49,213 nucleotides of DNA, from NCBI GenBank assembly GCA_964359725.1, contig CAYHTT010000002.1:1-49213 (forward strand), read 5' to 3'. The notes under the pieces were generated by a model that saw only the letters and a program-made list of their open reading frames with translations, made no database searches and had not been told where the DNA came from. The stretch is from Candidatus Woesearchaeota archaeon (GTDB lineage Archaea; Nanobdellota; Nanobdellia; SCGC-AAA011-G17; GW2011-AR20). Shown here one piece after another: positions 44,329-49,213 of this stretch (its first letter is position 1; each line of letters starts with the position of its first letter). The translations under genes and the position numbers were made by a program.

Positions 44329-44665
44329 AACTATAAATCTTTAATTTGCCTGTAATTTTATCTACTTTCTTATCATCATCTGGGCCAATTGCTAAACATG
44401 TAATTGTTCCTGGTTTAACTTCTGTTCTCCCAGCATCTTTAATCAAAGCAGTAACTAATTTAGCTTTATCTGCTAATTTTTTATATTTAAGTAATTCCTT
44501 TTCGTCTTGAACTTTTAAAATTACTTTTTTTGAAAAATTTCGCCATTCTTGGATTTTATCTTTATCACTTTTTAGAACAGCTTCTACACTTGCATGCGAA
44601 CATTGACTAGCTAGTTTGCCCGGACTTAATTTTAAATCTTTTCTAACTAATATAATTTGTTTCAA
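44327..44665 (-). CDS. pth2: peptidyl-tRNA hydrolase, archaeal type (Pth2)
   Basis: KQIILVRKDLKLSPGKLASQCSHAS...LIKDAGRTEVKPGTITCLAIGP is the Pth2 signature. An apparent TTG start overlaps the upstream stop (TTGA). Confidence 0.88.
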   Translation of the reverse strand: MKQIILVRKDLKLSPGKLASQCSHASVEAVLKSDKDKIQEWRNFSKKVILKVQDEKELLKYKKLADKAKLVTALIKDAGRTEVKPGTITCLAIGPDDDKKVDKITGKLKIYS

Positions 44666-44943
44666 TCTGGTTCACCTTCTAATAAATCTGCTGGAATAAA
44701 TGGTATATTAGATTTATCCTTTAAAACTGGTAATTTTTCTAATTCATCTTTATCAACATATAACAATTTTTCATTTTCAAGTTTGTATAAACTTATGCAA
44801 TTTTCACAAAAATAATAAATTGAATTAGTATTATCTAAAGAATATAATTTTTTTAATCTTACTTTAGTATCATCAAAATGACTAGGATGATCACAATAAT
44901 ATTCTTTCTCAAAAAATTCTTTTATTTTGTCTAATAAGTTCAT
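44662..44943 (-). CDS. small zinc-ribbon-like protein with acidic tail
   Basis: 93-aa ORF with CDHPSH...CENC ligand candidates and the C-terminal tail ADLLEGEPD. Confidence 0.45.
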   Translation of the reverse strand: MNLLDKIKEFFEKEYYCDHPSHFDDTKVRLKKLYSLDNTNSIYYFCENCISLYKLENEKLLYVDKDELEKLPVLKDKSNIPFIPADLLEGEPD

Positions 44944-44948
44944 TTTAA

Positions 44949-45191
44949 TTATTCTTCATTTTTAGCTTTTAATAATACTTTCTCTAAATCTGATCTTGAT
45001 ATCTCTCCTCTTTCTTTATTACTTAATTTTATTACAATTGGGTCTCTGCGAATATCATTAAATTTTAATTTATAAAATTCGTGTTTAATATTTGATGGGC
45101 AATAATAAACATTTTCTCTTCTATTATTAAAATATATTGTAGAAAATTGTTTTAAAGGGGTGCCGCATAAAGGATAAGGACAAATAGCCAT
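44949..45191 (-). CDS. small zinc-ribbon-like protein
   Basis: 80-aa ORF with CPYPLC...CPSNIKH ligand candidates. A 5-nt gap separates it from the next gene. Confidence 0.45.
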   Translation of the reverse strand: MAICPYPLCGTPLKQFSTIYFNNRRENVYYCPSNIKHEFYKLKFNDIRRDPIVIKLSNKERGEISRSDLEKVLLKAKNEE

Positions 45192-45213
45192 ATATTTCTG
45201 TAAGTTAACTTAT

Positions 45214-45963
45214 TTATAAATTTTTCACATCCTTCACTTTCCCAAAATATAATATTTTTGATAACTCATTTACATTCTCAGTAGGCTCAACTACAAAAAC
45301 CTCAAAATTATCTAAATTTATATCATTCAAAAAAGAACTTAGTAAATTTCCTTTTAATATATCACTTCCATGTGTAAGCAAATTAAAAGAGGGCATTACA
45401 ATTAAAGTTTTATTATGCCATTTGCCCTTTAAAAAACAATTATAACGCTCTAATCTAATACCTTTTTTTAAGCCGATAGCAGGATGTTTATGACCCATTA
45501 TAATTATCTTATTAAGGTTAGCTAAAATTTTATCACCATGTAATATTGTAATATCTTTAATATTATAACTTTCAATTAATTCCATGTTACGCTTTTCAGC
45601 TATAGGTTTTAATATAGGATCATGATTACCTTTAATTATAATAATTTCTTTATCTTGCAAAAAATCAAATAATTTTAGAATATTACGCCATTCTTGTGGT
45701 GAGATTTCTCCAAATTCATGCTTTAAATCACCATTAAAAACTACTCTCTCAACTTTAACTTTATTTAATATTAATTTTAATTTCTGCATTAAATCATTAA
45801 ATTGAAATCTTGGAATTAATACACCTCGTTTAGATAAACTTTCCTCTATCCCAATATGTAAATCGCTCATTACAAGAGTTTTTTCTTTCCTTAAATACAA
45901 AGCTAAATCAATAATTTCAATATTATCTGTAAGTTGCATATTCAATCTCGTGTTGTTTACCAA
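45214..45963 (-). CDS. Lhr-associated metallophosphoesterase (MPE/PdeM-like)
   Basis: Motifs SDLHIGIE, NGDLKHEF, KGNHD, HGD and GHKHP. It overlaps the Lhr 3' end, and an alternative start lies at 45939. Confidence 0.78.
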   Translation of the reverse strand: MVNNTRLNMQLTDNIEIIDLALYLRKEKTLVMSDLHIGIEESLSKRGVLIPRFQFNDLMQKLKLILNKVKVERVVFNGDLKHEFGEISPQEWRNILKLFDFLQDKEIIIIKGNHDPILKPIAEKRNMELIESYNIKDITILHGDKILANLNKIIIMGHKHPAIGLKKGIRLERYNCFLKGKWHNKTLIVMPSFNLLTHGSDILKGNLLSSFLNDINLDNFEVFVVEPTENVNELSKILYFGKVKDVKNL

Positions 45964-48520
45964 TTTTAGCTAATATTAATGTATGCATATTTCTTAAAAA
46001 TTTAATTTTATCTTCCATCTTTAATAAATCCAAGTAACCTTGTAAAACAATATTAAATGCAAAAGGACTTGGTAAATTTGTATGAACTTCTTTTATTTTT
46101 ATTTCTCCAGATTCAATTTTCTTTAAAACATTTATAGTATTTTCAATATCCATTAAATCCTCTAAAACTTCTCTGCGTGCTTCTTTTAATATTGAAAAAT
46201 TATTACTTATTCTTTTTAAAGCACTCATTAATAACATACTAGAAACTTGTTGTCTACCAACTCTTTTTTTATGTCCTTTATACTCTCGCAAAATCATTAA
46301 AGAACGAGTAGCACAATGTCTAAATCTCCTTTTTAATACTTCACTTCCTTCTATAGCATTTTCTAATAATAATCTTAATTTTTCTGATTTAAGTAATTTA
46401 AATGCTTGCAAAACTTGAACATTACCTTCGTAACTTAAATAAAATCCATTATCATTAACCCCAATTTCTACATCTTTATGTTGTAGTTTGCCAATAGCAT
46501 AACCTATCGCTCTTGAAAGACAATCATTAACTCTTCTACCATATAAACTATGAAAGATAACATATTTTTTATTATCTTCATTATAATGCTCAATTAATAA
46601 TTTTTTATCATTCGGAATTTCTTTTAAGTACAAATATTGTTCATTAAAATAATTATATATAGCTAAAGCTGCATTTTTATCAACGTATAAATAATTATTA
46701 ATAAAATCTAGAATTTCTTGTTTTGATTTTTCAGATTTAAATTTTTCTTCCATTAATCTTCTAAACTTACCAATTTCTAATGCTAAATCAAAACTTAATG
46801 GTAACATTTCACTAACCCAATTTGGAATTGTTGGTGGTCTATTACCAGAAACATGTACTTGAGCAACCATACCACGAGAAAACATAAATTCATAAGTTTG
46901 CCCGCCAAGAGTAAAAACATCATTACGTTTCATGCGTTCAACAAAATTTTCATCTAAATGTCCTATTACTTGATCACCTATTTTCACAGTAATAAATGTT
47001 TCATCTGGGATAGTGCCAATATTAGTCATATATATTACGCGAGCAAGTTTACCTCTTCTTCCTATAATACCAGTTTCTTCATCATACCAAATTTTAGCAT
47101 AAACATGTCTATCTTCTAAAGTTGTATAAACACCTGCTAAATATTTTATAACTTCAATAAAATCTTCTTTGCTTAAATTTCTATAACAGTAAGAACGTTT
47201 TATTAATTTATATAAATCATTAATATTAATTTTATCTGAAATTGCGATACCATAAATTTGCTGAGCAAGAACATCTAAACAATTTTGAGGAATATGAATT
47301 CTATCAATATTTCTTTCAAGAACATTTTTTAACATTACACTTGATTCAATTAAATCATCTCTATCTAACACAATTAATCTAGCTTTAATTGTATCATGTA
47401 AATGATGCCCGGCTCTACCTTGCCTTTGGGTGCAACGAGCAATTGATTTTGGACTACCGAGCATAATTACTAAGTCGATATAACCTATGTCTATGCCAAG
47501 TTCAAGAGAAGTTGAACAAACGATAGCTTTTAATTTACCTTCTCTCATTCTTTTTTCCATATCTAATCTATGTTGTTTACTCAAGCTACCGTGATGCGCA
47601 CCAATATTTTCAGTATAACTTTTTGGAAATTTTTCTTTTAAATAATGTACAACTCTTTCAGTAGCTGATCTTGTATTAGTAAAAATTAAAGTTGTTTTAT
47701 GATCTTGAATTAACTTATGGATTAATTTGTACATTGCATGATGCATTTCTTCATGTGTTGTATTAATTAAATCTGGTAATGGACATAATACTTTAATATC
47801 CATTTTTTTGCTTAAATCAATATTAGCTATTTTGCATTCACGATTATTTCCAACAACAAATTTAGCTATTTCTTCTATTGGTTCTGCTGTTGCTCCTAAA
47901 CCAATCCTTACAAAATTTCCCGCTAGTTCATGCAATCTTTCTAAAGACAAACTTAGATGAACTCCGCGTTTATTTTCTGCAAGAGAATGAACTTCGTCTA
48001 TAATAATATATTTTACATCTCTTAATTTTTCACGAAATTTTGGAGAAGTTAAAATTAAAGCTAGACTTTCGGGTGTGGTAACTAAAATATGCGGAGTTTC
48101 TTTTAGCATTTTTTGTTTTTCAGTTGCAGAAGTATCACCTGTTCTTACTGCCACCCTTATATCAAATTTCTTTCCTGCTAATTCTTCCATTTCTTTTAAT
48201 GGTTGCTCTAGGTTAAAATGTATATCATTACTTAATGCTTTTAAAGGAGAAATATAAACACAATAAACTTTATTTTCTAATTTATCTTGCTCAGCTAAAA
48301 TTATTAATTCATTTAATATGGACATAAAACCTGTAAGAGTTTTACCAGAACCAGTTACAGCAGAAACTAAAACATTCTCTTGATTATGTATTGGAATTAT
48401 AGCATATTTTTGAGGTTCGGAAAAAGTATTAAACTTATTTTTAAACCAAGTTCGTACTATAGGTTGTAATATACTAAAGATTTCTTCATCTTTATATGGC
48501 TTATCTAGATAACTTATCAT
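45923..48520 (-). CDS. lhr: Lhr-like ATP-dependent DEAD/DEAH-box helicase
   Basis: Motif I AVTGSGKT, motif II DEVH, motif VI QRQGRAGH, and a long C-terminal Lhr-type (DEAD-associated) region. Confidence 0.9.
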   Translation of the reverse strand: MISYLDKPYKDEEIFSILQPIVRTWFKNKFNTFSEPQKYAIIPIHNQENVLVSAVTGSGKTLTGFMSILNELIILAEQDKLENKVYCVYISPLKALSNDIHFNLEQPLKEMEELAGKKFDIRVAVRTGDTSATEKQKMLKETPHILVTTPESLALILTSPKFREKLRDVKYIIIDEVHSLAENKRGVHLSLSLERLHELAGNFVRIGLGATAEPIEEIAKFVVGNNRECKIANIDLSKKMDIKVLCPLPDLINTTHEEMHHAMYKLIHKLIQDHKTTLIFTNTRSATERVVHYLKEKFPKSYTENIGAHHGSLSKQHRLDMEKRMREGKLKAIVCSTSLELGIDIGYIDLVIMLGSPKSIARCTQRQGRAGHHLHDTIKARLIVLDRDDLIESSVMLKNVLERNIDRIHIPQNCLDVLAQQIYGIAISDKININDLYKLIKRSYCYRNLSKEDFIEVIKYLAGVYTTLEDRHVYAKIWYDEETGIIGRRGKLARVIYMTNIGTIPDETFITVKIGDQVIGHLDENFVERMKRNDVFTLGGQTYEFMFSRGMVAQVHVSGNRPPTIPNWVSEMLPLSFDLALEIGKFRRLMEEKFKSEKSKQEILDFINNYLYVDKNAALAIYNYFNEQYLYLKEIPNDKKLLIEHYNEDNKKYVIFHSLYGRRVNDCLSRAIGYAIGKLQHKDVEIGVNDNGFYLSYEGNVQVLQAFKLLKSEKLRLLLENAIEGSEVLKRRFRHCATRSLMILREYKGHKKRVGRQQVSSMLLMSALKRISNNFSILKEARREVLEDLMDIENTINVLKKIESGEIKIKEVHTNLPSPFAFNIVLQGYLDLLKMEDKIKFLRNMHTLILAKIGKQHEIEYATYR

Positions 48521-48596
48521 TTTTGTAAATTTTTATAAAGCGTTAAAAGTAGAATTTTGCAATTTATAAACTTTATGTAATAAAAAATAGAATAAC

Positions 48597-48842
48597 CTAT
48601 TTAAGATTGAGCAATTTTTTAAATGTTTCAGGATCATAGCCCACTACAATTTTACCATCTATCTCTGTTACAGGAACGCCCATCTGCCCACTCTTTCTAA
48701 TCATTTCTTGTGCTGCTTTTACATCTTTATCAACATAAATACTTTTAAACTTGATTTTATGTGCGTTTAAAAATTCCTCTGTCTTATGACACCAAGGACA
48801 CTGAACTGTGCGCCAAATCAAAACTTTATGTTCTTTAACCAT
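48597..48842 (-). CDS. glutaredoxin-like / NrdH-like thioredoxin-fold protein
   Basis: 81-aa ORF with the CPWC active site near the N-terminus and GVPV...G...GY (cis-Pro region). Confidence 0.78.
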   Translation of the reverse strand: MVKEHKVLIWRTVQCPWCHKTEEFLNAHKIKFKSIYVDKDVKAAQEMIRKSGQMGVPVTEIDGKIVVGYDPETFKKLLNLK

Positions 48843-48889
48843 TTTTCACCCAAATTTTAAGCGAATTTAATCATATAAAAATGTTTCTT

Positions 48890-49213
48890 TTAACTTAAAC
48901 TCGCAGAACTAAATAATACATTAAAACGTCTACACCATATTACAACAGAATTATAATCTTTAGCATCTTGTTCTGTAACTTCATAAACTTGATTTCCTGA
49001 ATTTCCCTTTAACTGACCAAGAGATTTAAACTCACCTAATTTATCTTTCGAATCAATATTGTTTTCTTTAGACAAATAAACATATAAATCTGGTCCACTA
49101 GTTACTTTAAAATTTTCTAATAAAAGTGAATATTCATCATCAGATTTTACAAATTTAGCTTGACCTTCTCCTTTATGAATAGAATCAAGTTCAATAAAAT
49201 TCCCTTGCTTTAT
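48890..49213 (-). CDS. DM13-domain protein, C-terminal part; 5' end outside window
   Basis: The minus frame is open to the window edge: IKQGNFIELDSIHKGEGQAKFVKSDDEYSLLLENFKVTSGPDLYVYLSKEN... This matches the DM13 pattern (G-G-a-x-v...L-x-L-x-x-F-x-v-x-x-GPDL-x-VYL). Confidence 0.55.
   Translation of the reverse strand: MKQGNFIELDSIHKGEGQAKFVKSDDEYSLLLENFKVTSGPDLYVYLSKENNIDSKDKLGEFKSLGQLKGNSGNQVYEVTEQDAKDYNSVVIWCRRFNVLFSSASLS

Noticed and set aside
1-49213. Search for CRISPR arrays, cas genes, restriction-modification or toxin-antitoxin style defence islands, and prophage or integrase genes
   Set aside because: I found no regularly spaced direct repeats and no recognisable Cas, REase/MTase pair, integrase or capsid/terminase motifs. 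The only mobile-DNA signal is the 16.1-17.6 kb element.

Overview
This is a very AT-rich, gene-dense chromosome segment, and it is archaeal. The evidence is archaeal-type PheRS alpha/beta, TrpRS and ArgRS, ribosomal proteins L10e (uL16) and L35Ae (eL33), Mre11-Rad50, Pth2, pyruvoyl arginine decarboxylase and an Lhr helicase. There is also a 5S rRNA, five tRNA genes (four with bulge-helix-bulge introns), and TTTATAAAT-type TATA boxes about 25-30 nt upstream of many starts. Short proteins, tiny or overlapping gene junctions and many small membrane or secreted ORFs suggest a reduced-genome, DPANN-like archaeon; that is inference, not proof. Most of the window is housekeeping: translation, DNA repair, ion transport and a MoxR-DUF58-vWA operon. 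I found no CRISPR array, no recognisable defence island and no prophage. I cannot name a clear-cut new multi-gene system from sequence alone, and the findings are ranked with that in mind. The features that ordinary annotation would not explain are listed here.
1. A ~1.5 kb insertion between the L35Ae and L10e genes has a perfect 9-bp target-site duplication and terminal inverted repeats carrying three GTCCGA boxes per end. It holds a TRASH/FCS zinc-finger ORF and a relic of a DDE transposase C-terminus.
2. The tRNA set is unusual: tRNA-Glu has a non-canonical intron at 29/30, tRNA-Ile has a UAU anticodon, and tRNA-Pro appears to have A34 (AGG).
3. The operon reads mre11-X-rad50, with an unknown 134-aa gene wedged in, no herA/nurA, and a small DUF460-like RNase H-fold gene abutting it.
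4. A 578-aa tandem nucleotidyltransferase gene is fused into the r-protein gene string.
5. Lhr, a metallophosphoesterase, two mini zinc-ribbon genes and Pth2 form one coupled chain.
6. An AAA+ ATPase lies next to a bPH / PPDK_N-only / helical / mini-MGMT gene string.
7. A Cys-rich secreted protein carries a tandem module and a poly-Gly tract.
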